IMG/VR virus record: IMGVR_UViG_3300050343_000199
Coordinates: 1 to 64,000 of that record
Source of the DNA: a virus
DNA length: 64,000 nt
Strand: one strand, 5' to 3'
Under the pieces are notes generated by a model that was not told where the DNA came from, did no database searches, and saw only the letters and a program-made list of their open reading frames with translations. A program made the translations under genes and the position numbers. Shown piece after piece: positions 46,301 through 55,792 of the stretch (position 1 is the stretch's first letter; each line of letters begins with the position of its first letter).

Positions 46301-47449
46301 ATCAGTTAGATCATTATAACTTTCAGAAAATAATGTAGGTTTATCAGTTAGATCATTATAACTTTCTGAGAATAATGTAGGTTGATTAGTTAAATCTGTA
46401 TAACTTCCGGAAAATAATGTGGGTTGATTAGTTAAATCTGTATAACTTCCAGAAAATGTAGAGTATCCCGAAAGATCTGGAGGTGTATAGCTGAATACAC
46501 CAGTAGTATTATTATAAGTTAAAGTTGATGTACCTACCGAAAGCACATTAACTGACATATCTGATAGCGCAATACCAGTACCAGTTGAAGTCAGATCAGC
46601 AGCGGGTGACCATTCCGTACCATCCCATTTTAGTATTTGACCAATTGATGGAGATGTAGAATTTACATCAGTTAGATCTGATACTGAGAATGTAGGTTTG
46701 TCAGTTAAATCATTATAGCTTCCAGAGAATGTAGAGTATCCTGAAAGGTCTGGAGGTGTGTAACTGAATACACCACTAGTATTATCGTATATTAAACTTG
46801 CAGTGCCAGGAGATAAAGAAGTTACAGTAATATCTGTTAATGCAATTCCACCACCCGATGAAGCAACTGTTCCTGCTATCCAAGTGCTACTAGGAGCATT
46901 CCAAATAAGTGCTTGACCAGTAGTAACTCCTGTGGTATCAACATCAGTAATATCATTTAATGCAAATGCAACCGAAGTTAAATATCCAGATGTTGAGTGA
47001 TCTCCCCAACCATATGCAGTATCCCAGTTAGAAGAGTTTACTACTGCTGTATTAAGATCAGATGTTGTTGCATAACCTTGAGTAGAATGATCTCCCCATC
47101 CGTATGCTGTATCCCAATTAGTTATCTTAGTATTAGTTACATTTACTGCAGCAGAAGCACTGTATACGGGATCAGTTTCTACTGCATTATTAGTAAATGT
47201 TATTTGACCACCGGATAATCCAATTGATAAACCAGTTCCTGCAACTAATACAATATCAGCATTAATGCCATCAGAACCCGTAAGTCTAATTATTTTCCTG
47301 TCTAGTCCACTACCATCAACAGGGTTCATGGTATAAGTAGTAGGTGCTACTGCTCCCTGCGATAGAGCATGCACATCAGAAGCAAGTGCATTAATTTCTA
47401 GTCTTTGTTGTTCTAGACTAAAAGATTTAGCTACGTTTCTAAGAACCAT
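43364..47449 (-). CDS. 1361-aa tail fibre with two tail-collar + HxH needle modules
   Basis: GSIMMWSG...PTGWQLCDG...PDLRDRFVIGAG and GIIVMWSG...PSGWALCNG...PDLRGMFIVGSG; 13 HxH motifs; closing N.PPYY.L.(F/Y)I strands. Confidence 0.88.
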   Translation of the reverse strand: MVLRNVAKSFSLEQQRLEINALASDVHALSQGAVAPTTYTMNPVDGSGLDRKIIRLTGSDGINADIVLVAGTGLSIGLSGGQITFTNNAVETDPVYSASAAVNVTNTKITNWDTAYGWGDHSTQGYATTSDLNTAVVNSSNWDTAYGWGDHSTSGYLTSVAFALNDITDVDTTGVTTGQALIWNAPSSTWIAGTVASSGGGIALTDITVTSLSPGTASLIYDNTSGVFSYTPPDLSGYSTFSGSYNDLTDKPTFSVSDLTDVNSTSPSIGQILKWDGTEWSPAADLTSTGTGIALSDMSVNVLSVGTSTLTYNNTTGVFSYTPPDLSGYSTFSGSYTDLTNQPTLFSGSYTDLTNQPTLFSESYNDLTDKPTLFSESYNDLTDKPTLFSGSYVDLTNKPTIPSSLNDLIDVLISGTPNDGAVLKYNGTNSRWELGADQNSGTSSSSSGGGGNVAVGSIMMWSGAIVDIPTGWQLCDGSGNSPDLRDRFVIGAGSTYPVGDTGGSKDSALPSHTHTWSGSGTSNGTTNSQLSNHSHNVSGSGSTNNTGSHDHRWGANTWSVQSGSNADALDNPQGNGGGNKSADTSDAGSHSHNVSITGSTNSSNLSHSHNVSVNVSLSGNTGSEGISAVGTNLPPYYSLCFIYCTTASGGSSGNPIELDDLSVNILSVGTADLSYNNTTGLFSYTPPDLSGYSTFSGSYNDLTDKPTLFSGSYNDLTNIPAAYTNSDVDSHLNVTSSPTNGHVLSWNGSDYAWVAQSSGGSSSGTTYQWADGVVFSGWYSSDLSDQMFDGNLTSWSKVETTSADYIGWDNTANGANLPILNGPVEIFVRYADTANYTYEVDGVTVTPDVSGAVGSTGGWVTLTSGTAGSFKVSTTTTNLNISISGVKSNGLLLTPTAVYGGSSGGGSGGTESDTLDTVLSRGATTTRDINTTGKVYFANVFSTTGDLPSASSYHGMFAHVHGTGKGYFAHAGAWVPLANESQIANATEWDTAYGWGDHSQAGYSTNNYSQQLIGGSTSVQLNFLSIPVSGGASGTTSIVMNAGNNITFSNVSSAGFTIDSAGGSSSGGSGTVTQIDTGTGISGGPITSSGTIELADTGVVAGTYNNPDQIVVNGQGQITSLTQGGGASIPNGIIVMWSGSASSIPSGWALCNGQTVGSSATPDLRGMFIVGSGGTYSTGDTGGSESVVLTTSDLPSHTHTISAHTHNIGNHGHSVDSHSHNIGNHTHSVGDHWHNFSGSATGNTGNTAVPHTHAITGTVGTGSGLALGTNYTGDYSPRNTGAATDTTHLHSVNVSISGQTNQGGPGETGGSSGSTGTSSPGTNQASGVIDDGGSGDTGSTGNGTAHENRPPYYALAYIMKV
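45339..46759. repeat. 59-bp exact direct repeat (45339..45397 and 46701..46759)
   Basis: tcagttaaatcattatagcttccagagaatgtagagtatcctgaaaggtctggaggtgt twice, 1362 bp apart. Confidence 0.9.
46254..46457. repeat. 42-bp coding tandem repeat, about 5 copies (FSGSYxDLTxKPTL)
   Basis: Units start at 46254, 46296, 46338, 46380 and 46422. Confidence 0.9.
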
Positions 47450-47648
47450 TGGACTTCAGCAACTGGTGCAGTAGGGATTTAATTTCACCGACCTCATTTT
47501 TCACATAGTCTAATTCTTGTTCCATATTACGAAACTTACTTCTAGACTTTTTATATTTTTCAAAGGAAGATCTGTCAGTATTTATGATCGCACCTGTATC
47601 AGAATCACGATACAGGTGATCTTCGTTTTTAACTTTTATGTGTTTCAT
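47439..47648 (-). CDS. 69-aa protein with C-terminal coiled coil
   Basis: LYRDSDTGAIINTD...EVGEIKSLLHQLL. Confidence 0.8.
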   Translation of the reverse strand: MKHIKVKNEDHLYRDSDTGAIINTDRSSFEKYKKSRSKFRNMEQELDYVKNEVGEIKSLLHQLLKSNGS

Positions 47649-47649
47649 T

Positions 47650-50600
47650 TTAATAAGAAGCTACTGCTCTCAAGTCTTGAACTTTAGGAACATATGCTGG
47701 ATTACTAGACTTCATTACGATCTTGATAGCGAATGAAGAAAACTCAGGGAGATCTTCAATACTATATGATAACTCTTGATATGAATCTTGTTTTTCTGAA
47801 ATACTACTAATAGAATTTTCTGAAGATGCAATTACATCTACATCAGGATTTCCAGTTTCATTGAAATATACCCATTCAATATCATCAAAATTTTCTTGAG
47901 AAGAAGATTTTTTAATTCTATAAAGAATTTTGATATTTTCAATGTCAGACACATTTACAGTAGTCTTAACATCAATTGATGTTCCCGGATTTTCAATGGC
48001 AATTTCTTTAGTTACATATTTGGCAACACTAGAACTATTTTTTGATTGAGTATCAGAAACATAATCCGTACCATTTGAATATGTAATTTTGGAAATTTCA
48101 ATGAAATTATATTCGTCATTTGGTTGATCTTGATATGATAAAATATCTCCAACTCTAAAGATGTCTTCATTTTGAGCATCAACTGAGGCATTTCTTGTAA
48201 ATGCTGCAGAGTCAATAATCTTTCCTGTGTAATCATCAGAAATTGGTTGTTTATCATTGACTACGGTTAATTTACCGGATTTCTCATTCCATAAAACAAT
48301 TTTTCCTGTAATTTTATTGTCATAAGTATCAGCAAGAACTGATGGGTTTCTTGCTGTTACATATGTTGGAGGAACAATTATATTAGGAATTTGGAATACT
48401 TCTTTAGATGCACCCGACAAAGCTACTGTAGTAGTTCCGGCAAAAGTTTGATTTGAAAAACTTAATTGTTCACCTGGAGTAAATGCATTAGTAGTTTTTA
48501 ACTTGACATATACTGTAGTACCAGTAACTTTAATAATTTCACCGGATGCATTGGTTGTTGATCCAGCAATAGTCTGATTTGGTTGAATAATTTCTGTAGT
48601 GGTATCAATTCCAGAAACAATAAAATTATATACTGGATAAAATTCTAAGATTTGATTTTTTCTTCCAAATCTATCTTCAGAACCTGTCGCATTTTCTACT
48701 TTGTTTGTAATAGTTTTGACGGTGGAACGAGATAGATCTATGATAGGTGATAGATGAGAAACAGAACTTGAAAGATCCATTTTATATGTAAGAGACCTAT
48801 CTAGATTATTAATAGTTTGATTTACTCTTGAAGCAATTAACTTCTGATTGATAAAGAATATATCTTCATTCAAAAATGTTTTTTCATAACCAGTTTGACT
48901 ATATGAAGTAAATGTATTAACGTTATCATCTACTGGAGAAACATTGGTTGTTTGTACAAAACTGGTAACTTCTGTACTTCCAAAAGATAAGAAAGGAACT
49001 ACTGCATGTAACTTTTCAAATTTTCTGTTATATGATGCTAAGATGGAATCTCCTCCACCAAAAGCATTTGACGAAGATCTACTACTAGAGAAAATGTTAT
49101 AGTAATCTATACCCGTATTATGAACTTGATATAGTCTACTATTAATTTGTGAAGCAGCAACTCCACCAACATCTAAACAATTTTTAAAGAATACATATGA
49201 TTTTTTATCGGAATCAAATCCATTATCCGGATGATTTATTTTAAGAATGAAATTATTATTCTTAAACAGAGTTGATGTAGCAGAAGTATTTGATTCTGCA
49301 TTAGATTCAACACTATTAATTTCTAATTTTTCATATCCCAAATCTTCATTTGTAAGTAATAAGGATGCGGTTCTTGAAGTATCAAATTCTGCACGGTTAA
49401 GTTTAAACTTAACATCTTCAAATAAATCTTCAACCCAATTATTAGTATTTTGAGATTTGAATAATGATCCTAAAGCAGGTTGAGTTGTTACTGTAGTACT
49501 AGTAGCAATTTCAGTTTCACCTAACTTAGACGCCCAGATAAGATAATCTGTAGAATCTGTTTCTACAACCATAGAGTATTCAGTATCTGACTCTAGATAT
49601 ACAGGATAATCAAACTTAAAGTTTGTTGGAGTAGTTGATTCAGTTACTCCATCTTCATCAATAGCAATACCCATACGAACTGCAGGACTATCAATAGTAA
49701 TAAATGACTCAATTTCAGCACCAGCATTACCAGTTCCAGTTCCACCAATAATAACTGCAGGAGGTTCGGTGTATTCTGATCCGGGAAGTACAATTTCAGT
49801 GTGGTAAACTTTACCGTCAGAAACTCTAACTGTAGCAGTTGAATTACCACCACCAGGCAATTGAGGACTTTCAATAGTTAAGATTGCAGAATCGTAATCT
49901 GACCCAGTGTTCTTAACTTTTAAGTCTGTAACTCTTCCGGAATCTTTAGTAATTTTTAAAGATGATGTTTTGTTATTTGCATTATTAGATTCCGTTATAG
50001 ATGGAACTTCTAGAAGTTCATCTGGTTTAAACAATTTACCATTGTGATTACTTAATACTAATGTATAAACTTGGTCATTAGTTAACGTAAATATTCCTGT
50101 TGTTGAAGCATTAACTGCGGTATTATTTTTGTCAAATACTTTTGAAATAGGACCAGATGCATTGGAAGAAGATCCAACTACCTTCTCATCTTTAGTTATG
50201 GTTAAGGTTTCACTAGCAAAAACTCTCAAATAAGTTTCTGGATTTAGAATTTTTTGAGTTCCGGGAATAATATTCTTTCCTGGTTTACCACTTTGAGTAT
50301 CAGTCAAATAGACTCTCAGTGGAATAGTACTACTCTTTGCAGAGAAGAATAGATCTACACTAGTTACAAATACACCACCTTCAAATCCTTCTACGTTAAA
50401 TGTTTGGGCAAGTGGATTTGGTTTGATTGGATTTTCGGTATTACTATCAGTAACTTGAATTCCTTCGTTTGATTTAAAGAATGCAGGAGTAGTTGATATA
50501 ATTGAAGATGGATTTTCTGGAAGAAGACCCGTTGCATAAAACTTAACTTCTGCGTATGAATCTACTTCATCTTTAGGTGCATCAGTAGAACTAGATGTAA

Positions 50601-53600
50601 ATCTAATAGTCTTTACTCCTGTTGAAAATCTCATTTCATCAGCATCAGTATCATATACAACTGTTTTGGTGTCACCAGTCCATGTTGCATTTTCTCTAGG
50701 TGGAAGACCAGCAGGAATTAAAATAATACCACTAGCATTACCATTTTCATCAGTCTTAACTTGACTGTTAAAAGATGATAAAGAATTTCCTGCAATACCA
50801 GTATATCTAAAATCTGGATTAATCCAACGGGAAATATCTCTACTCTCCATAAAGACTGAAATATTTGTATTTGGTTTCAGTCTACTAATGTTAAATTTAA
50901 CTGGAATACTTCTAGCAAAGAAAGATAACGAAGTTGAAATAACATTATTCCCTACGCCTTTAGTGGAAATACCTTTTCCAATTTCATTATTTTCTGGACT
51001 AATATTAGAAGAACTACCAACTGAAGCACTTGTTACTGAAGAATCTGATATGCTACTATTAACATCTGAGAATGATGCAATATTAAAGAACGACCTACTC
51101 GCACCTAACCAGTTAACTTTATACGAATTGTAGATACTTGAGAATGCATCCTTTAATTCATTTTTTGCTAAGAAAATTGAATATAGATTTGTGTTATTGT
51201 CATTTACTAATGGAGCAACACTTGTATCATACCAAGAGTCTACATTAGGTCCGACAAATGCATCACCAACGTACTGTAGGACAACAAATGGATTTGGATT
51301 AATAGTCTTTGTAGCAAAACTATTACCCAATAATTCTAATTCTGAATATGGTAATGTGACACGATCATTGTTTTTAACATAACCAGAAATAGATCTCTGG
51401 TCATCTCGCTGATTAACCTCAACTAAAGTAAAAGAATCCTCTTTTGATTGAGGTCTCATCACAGATTGCTGAGTATCAATAGAGCACTTATAATCAAGAG
51501 ATTGTAATGAACCAATTTTATGAGTTTCAAAATTATCTACGATAAACCCACTCTTAAATCTATTAACACCGGCAGCATCAATGATTTGCATATTTAATGC
51601 TTGCTGTTCTAATACACTTAATAGTGTATAATATTCAAGACGTTCAATACGCTTCTCTAACTTACCGATGTCACGCATCGTATAACGACGGTTATCAACA
51701 GGAGTAATTCTTACATCTTTACTGCTTTGTGTAAATGCAGGTACGTACATATAGTACAAAGGTACTGCATCACTAATTAAATCTGGTTTTGTTGGGTTTA
51801 GAGAAGAGTTACCTTCTTTAATAATAAACTCACCTTTTTTATTAAGGAATAATGCATCAATTCTGTCAAGATATTGAGTTTGAGTAAATGAGAATGTAAA
51901 CTCTAAATTAGAATCTGGGGCGGGAGTACTTGTAATAACTCCACCAGTTCCTGTGAAAGATCTAGTATTAGCAGCTGATAATAAAGCATTATCCTGGAAT
52001 CCAGAAATAATAGAATCGTTATCTACTTTAGGTCTATAATCAAGAACATCTTTTAATGAAATTTTACCTAACGTTGGTGAATTGAATGAAGGAATCTCTT
52101 CTGGTCCTACACCTGCTTCATGGAGGTAAGAATCAACTGTACAAAAATCTCCTCTCGTATGTTCAAAATAATCAAATGCAATTACCAACTGTCCAGATGG
52201 AGGATTAAACCCTGGTTTTAATACAATACGGGAAACGTCATAAACGGTATCTCTTTGACCATCGTCAAATGTAAATCTATTAGATACATCTATTCCACTA
52301 ACAAGATTTCCATTTCTATCAACAACAGGAGGTTCTGAAGAAGATCCTTCATAAACATATCTTAACTTGTATACATCAGCATAACTATAGATAGCAAGAC
52401 TTTCCGAGTCATAATCACTTCCTCTAAAAGGTATGATCATGTCTCCGGGAGAATCAATAATAATTCTCTTATTAACTACTGCAGTTTTTAATCTTGGTTT
52501 TGCTTTAGTTACTTCTAATGTTGCAGTTAATTTTAACGTCGGATATGCACCACCACTAGGAATTGATCCAAAATATGTTGATGCTAGATTTAGCATTACA
52601 CTACCAGAAGTTAATCCACTAGCAGAATCACTTGATGCTTTAATTATAACTTGATCTTGTGTAACATAAATGATATCACCTTCTGCAATATCAGGAGCAT
52701 CACCAGGATCCAAAACAGTAATTAAGAAATTACTTTCTGAGAATGAAACAAATCTTTGTGTTCCAAATGGGAGTTGAGCAGCAAAAGTAATTACTCCTGC
52801 GCCACCAACACCAGTAGCAACAAAATCTCTTCTTAAGAAATAAGCAATTTTTGAATCTTCGCTATCTACTACAATAGAACTTACTTGATTAGATCCAGTT
52901 TTATAAAGTAACGTTCCTTGATTGAAGTTTGAAATAGAAGGACGAACTCTAACAACACTACTATTACTTACATCTTGTGGTAAAGATCTATCAAGATAAA
53001 CTCTTGATTTTGAAACACCTTCTGGTTTTGTTGAATATTGTACAATTGATTTGATGATAGTATCTGTAGAATCTGAAAATTGAATTAAATCTCCTTGATT
53101 AACAAATTTAGTTGCATCTCCACCAAACCCATTACATTCAATATACTTTCTTCCTTTAGTACCACTAAAAGTAAAATTAGTAATAGACGTAATTTCTGCA
53201 AATTTTTCTTTATTGACCTCTACATCAGAAGTAAATTTATTAGCATTTCCTGATCCATACTCACAGAAAAATGATTTAACATTTTGTGGGGTATATGTAA
53301 CTACTGAATTTCTAACAAGAACTGGTGTAATTACAGATGCACTAGGAGTACCGCCACCGTCTCCTTGAATTACATTAATGACAGGAGGTTTTGCATATTC
53401 TTTTTTAAATAGTTCTCTGTTGGAAACAACTGCACTTACAATAGCACCACTTGCAATGTTTAAACTTACTTTGGATGAATCAAATTCAACACCATCAATT
53501 CTTAATTTTGATCCATCAACATAATTAGAACCTCTATTGTTTACAACGAAATGTGAAATTGTATTATCTTTTGCAACTCTCACTGAGTTGTTATCTTCAT

Positions 53601-55767
53601 CCCTAATAGTCTCTCCGGACATAAAGTTACCGAAAAGAGTCTTAACCATTAATGTTTTATTAGTTGTAAACTTACCATCAGATGGACCTTCTACAACTCC
53701 ATAAGCACCGCTTTCTAAACCATAAACATACTTACCAGATGAAAATCTACCATCTGCAACAATTTCTTCGTCTAATAAAATTTTAGTGAAGAACTGAGGG
53801 TCAAAATACGATAATCCAAATGTAGTATTATATACAGCATTACCGTTTGATAATCTACCTTTAGAAACTACTGAATCCGAATCTTCATTAAATCCAGATC
53901 CTCGTTCAATTAAAGTAAAATTACTTGGTTTAGCAAGACCAATTACCGGAGTGATTGTTTCATTATAATCAATAACAGTTCCAAATGGTGTAGAACCATT
54001 GATTGCATCATTTTCAGTTAAATAAACTTCCCTATAATTTGATCCTGCTGAAGTATCATACTCCAAGAAATAAGAATCTAGTAAATCTTTTCTTCCTGTA
54101 ATAGTAAGTTCTAAGAATGTTACTCCAGTACTTGAATTGACTTCAATTCTATTAACTTTTGAAAATGCTAAAGATTTTACAGAATTTACTACAGATGGTT
54201 CTCCAACATCAGTTCTTGTTTGTACAAACCATAAGGTTCCTAGAACTGATTCAAAATTAGCATCTGTTAAAGTTGAATATGTATTTGCATAGAATGTATC
54301 AATATTAATGTAAATGGTTTTAATACCAGAATTTACATCAAAAAACTGTCCTCTACGACTTAATGTTTGTTTTAAATCGTCATCTTCTTCTGTGTTGTTT
54401 AATCCAATACTACCATCATTAAAATTACTACACAGAAAAATATTAGGATATGCAGTTAGTTCTGAACCTTCTGCATTTAATGGAATCGTTCCAAATGTAT
54501 TTGTTACTTTGTAAGTAGGTAGACCTTTAGTACTGAGTCTAATATCTTCCCGATTTAAAGTTTCTCTTGCTTTACTAACATTAAGATACTTAGTTTCTTT
54601 ATTAACAATTTCATATCCTTTAATGTATGCTTTACCTGGTCCAATACTAGCAACTAGTTTTTCTTTTGCTGCTTGTAATTCTAAACCATTAACTAATCCA
54701 AATTCATCTTGACCATAAACACCTAGATTACCATTTTGCTGATAAAATTCACGGATATCTAATGAAAAATTATCAACTACATAATCTCCAGACTCATCAT
54801 AAGTTCTTCTCGCAAGAGTCTGTTCTAGTAAATTATAATCAGTTTGAGATACAATACTTTGTACAACTCCTGAACGAACTGTAAGGAGTTGGATAAAATT
54901 CTTATCTGTAATCTCAGATAAAGAATATTTTACAATGTTTAATACAATTTGAAGTCTATGTGCTCCGGGAGCAGTGTAGTTACTAGACCCAATAGAATTG
55001 TCATATAAAGATTCATCTTCTTCTGGAGTTATGATGCTTTCAACAATCTTAAATCCAATTTTTGCAGATGGTTTATTATAGTAACGATCAATAACTAATA
55101 GTTGAGTATTGTTTCTAACAAAATACCCATTGACAAAATAAATTCCTTCTTCTACTTTTATAGCAGAAGCATATCCCATAGCGGGACTTTCTAGAGATGT
55201 AACTTCCGAAGTATCAGGATTAGTTACTTCAATGCTTGTCGGAAGAACACTACCATCAGTTCCAACAACTAGTAAAGGTGTGTTGACTCCATCTACTACT
55301 TCTAGTGTTTCACCTTGTCGGAAAGTTTCTTCGTTTCCTGCATCACCACTATTAGTATAGTTTACATAGATGACATCAGAAGCAGTCTCAGACGCCGTGA
55401 ATGCCTCTATAACAGTAGCTACGACACCAGAGGTCAAACCTCTAAGAGTTTCCCCTTTGAGACCGCTAGCGTCGTATTTTTTATATATAATTTGCCCATC
55501 CTGATTTACAGGAATTTCTGAAATAGAAGACAACTTAACAAAGTTAAGTTTGGTATTTAAACCCACCTCACCAGGAATGACAAGTTCGCCTTGCTTAAAA
55601 GCGTACTTGCCAAACTGTTCAATCTGATTCTGTAGAATAGATTGTAACTGAGTTAACTCCCTTGCCTGAATAGAATATCCAGGACGGATTAAAACTTTAT
55701 AGAAATTTTTCTCTTGGTCAAAATCGTCGTAGAATGGAGCTACGTTCAGGTTAGTCTTTTGGGGCAT
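47650..55767 (-). CDS. 2705-aa DUF4815/VrlC-like virion structural protein
   Basis: N-terminus LNVAPFYDDFD...FYKVLIRPGYSIQARELTQLQSILQNQ; RTYDESGDY; RIERLEYYT; follows g8. Confidence 0.88.
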   Translation of the reverse strand: MPQKTNLNVAPFYDDFDQEKNFYKVLIRPGYSIQARELTQLQSILQNQIEQFGKYAFKQGELVIPGEVGLNTKLNFVKLSSISEIPVNQDGQIIYKKYDASGLKGETLRGLTSGVVATVIEAFTASETASDVIYVNYTNSGDAGNEETFRQGETLEVVDGVNTPLLVVGTDGSVLPTSIEVTNPDTSEVTSLESPAMGYASAIKVEEGIYFVNGYFVRNNTQLLVIDRYYNKPSAKIGFKIVESIITPEEDESLYDNSIGSSNYTAPGAHRLQIVLNIVKYSLSEITDKNFIQLLTVRSGVVQSIVSQTDYNLLEQTLARRTYDESGDYVVDNFSLDIREFYQQNGNLGVYGQDEFGLVNGLELQAAKEKLVASIGPGKAYIKGYEIVNKETKYLNVSKARETLNREDIRLSTKGLPTYKVTNTFGTIPLNAEGSELTAYPNIFLCSNFNDGSIGLNNTEEDDDLKQTLSRRGQFFDVNSGIKTIYINIDTFYANTYSTLTDANFESVLGTLWFVQTRTDVGEPSVVNSVKSLAFSKVNRIEVNSSTGVTFLELTITGRKDLLDSYFLEYDTSAGSNYREVYLTENDAINGSTPFGTVIDYNETITPVIGLAKPSNFTLIERGSGFNEDSDSVVSKGRLSNGNAVYNTTFGLSYFDPQFFTKILLDEEIVADGRFSSGKYVYGLESGAYGVVEGPSDGKFTTNKTLMVKTLFGNFMSGETIRDEDNNSVRVAKDNTISHFVVNNRGSNYVDGSKLRIDGVEFDSSKVSLNIASGAIVSAVVSNRELFKKEYAKPPVINVIQGDGGGTPSASVITPVLVRNSVVTYTPQNVKSFFCEYGSGNANKFTSDVEVNKEKFAEITSITNFTFSGTKGRKYIECNGFGGDATKFVNQGDLIQFSDSTDTIIKSIVQYSTKPEGVSKSRVYLDRSLPQDVSNSSVVRVRPSISNFNQGTLLYKTGSNQVSSIVVDSEDSKIAYFLRRDFVATGVGGAGVITFAAQLPFGTQRFVSFSESNFLITVLDPGDAPDIAEGDIIYVTQDQVIIKASSDSASGLTSGSVMLNLASTYFGSIPSGGAYPTLKLTATLEVTKAKPRLKTAVVNKRIIIDSPGDMIIPFRGSDYDSESLAIYSYADVYKLRYVYEGSSSEPPVVDRNGNLVSGIDVSNRFTFDDGQRDTVYDVSRIVLKPGFNPPSGQLVIAFDYFEHTRGDFCTVDSYLHEAGVGPEEIPSFNSPTLGKISLKDVLDYRPKVDNDSIISGFQDNALLSAANTRSFTGTGGVITSTPAPDSNLEFTFSFTQTQYLDRIDALFLNKKGEFIIKEGNSSLNPTKPDLISDAVPLYYMYVPAFTQSSKDVRITPVDNRRYTMRDIGKLEKRIERLEYYTLLSVLEQQALNMQIIDAAGVNRFKSGFIVDNFETHKIGSLQSLDYKCSIDTQQSVMRPQSKEDSFTLVEVNQRDDQRSISGYVKNNDRVTLPYSELELLGNSFATKTINPNPFVVLQYVGDAFVGPNVDSWYDTSVAPLVNDNNTNLYSIFLAKNELKDAFSSIYNSYKVNWLGASRSFFNIASFSDVNSSISDSSVTSASVGSSSNISPENNEIGKGISTKGVGNNVISTSLSFFARSIPVKFNISRLKPNTNISVFMESRDISRWINPDFRYTGIAGNSLSSFNSQVKTDENGNASGIILIPAGLPPRENATWTGDTKTVVYDTDADEMRFSTGVKTIRFTSSSTDAPKDEVDSYAEVKFYATGLLPENPSSIISTTPAFFKSNEGIQVTDSNTENPIKPNPLAQTFNVEGFEGGVFVTSVDLFFSAKSSTIPLRVYLTDTQSGKPGKNIIPGTQKILNPETYLRVFASETLTITKDEKVVGSSSNASGPISKVFDKNNTAVNASTTGIFTLTNDQVYTLVLSNHNGKLFKPDELLEVPSITESNNANNKTSSLKITKDSGRVTDLKVKNTGSDYDSAILTIESPQLPGGGNSTATVRVSDGKVYHTEIVLPGSEYTEPPAVIIGGTGTGNAGAEIESFITIDSPAVRMGIAIDEDGVTESTTPTNFKFDYPVYLESDTEYSMVVETDSTDYLIWASKLGETEIATSTTVTTQPALGSLFKSQNTNNWVEDLFEDVKFKLNRAEFDTSRTASLLLTNEDLGYEKLEINSVESNAESNTSATSTLFKNNNFILKINHPDNGFDSDKKSYVFFKNCLDVGGVAASQINSRLYQVHNTGIDYYNIFSSSRSSSNAFGGGDSILASYNRKFEKLHAVVPFLSFGSTEVTSFVQTTNVSPVDDNVNTFTSYSQTGYEKTFLNEDIFFINQKLIASRVNQTINNLDRSLTYKMDLSSSVSHLSPIIDLSRSTVKTITNKVENATGSEDRFGRKNQILEFYPVYNFIVSGIDTTTEIIQPNQTIAGSTTNASGEIIKVTGTTVYVKLKTTNAFTPGEQLSFSNQTFAGTTTVALSGASKEVFQIPNIIVPPTYVTARNPSVLADTYDNKITGKIVLWNEKSGKLTVVNDKQPISDDYTGKIIDSAAFTRNASVDAQNEDIFRVGDILSYQDQPNDEYNFIEISKITYSNGTDYVSDTQSKNSSSVAKYVTKEIAIENPGTSIDVKTTVNVSDIENIKILYRIKKSSSQENFDDIEWVYFNETGNPDVDVIASSENSISSISEKQDSYQELSYSIEDLPEFSSFAIKIVMKSSNPAYVPKVQDLRAVASY

Positions 55768-55792
55768 CTCGCACGATCTCTAAGTCAACTAA

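Noticed and set aside
46254-46457. Periodic repeat as a CRISPR-like array
   Set aside because: Contiguous in-frame coding units with no unique spacers.
11412-47449. Invertase/shufflon-type tip switching
   Set aside because: All cassettes are co-oriented, with no flanking inverted repeats and no recombinase in the window.
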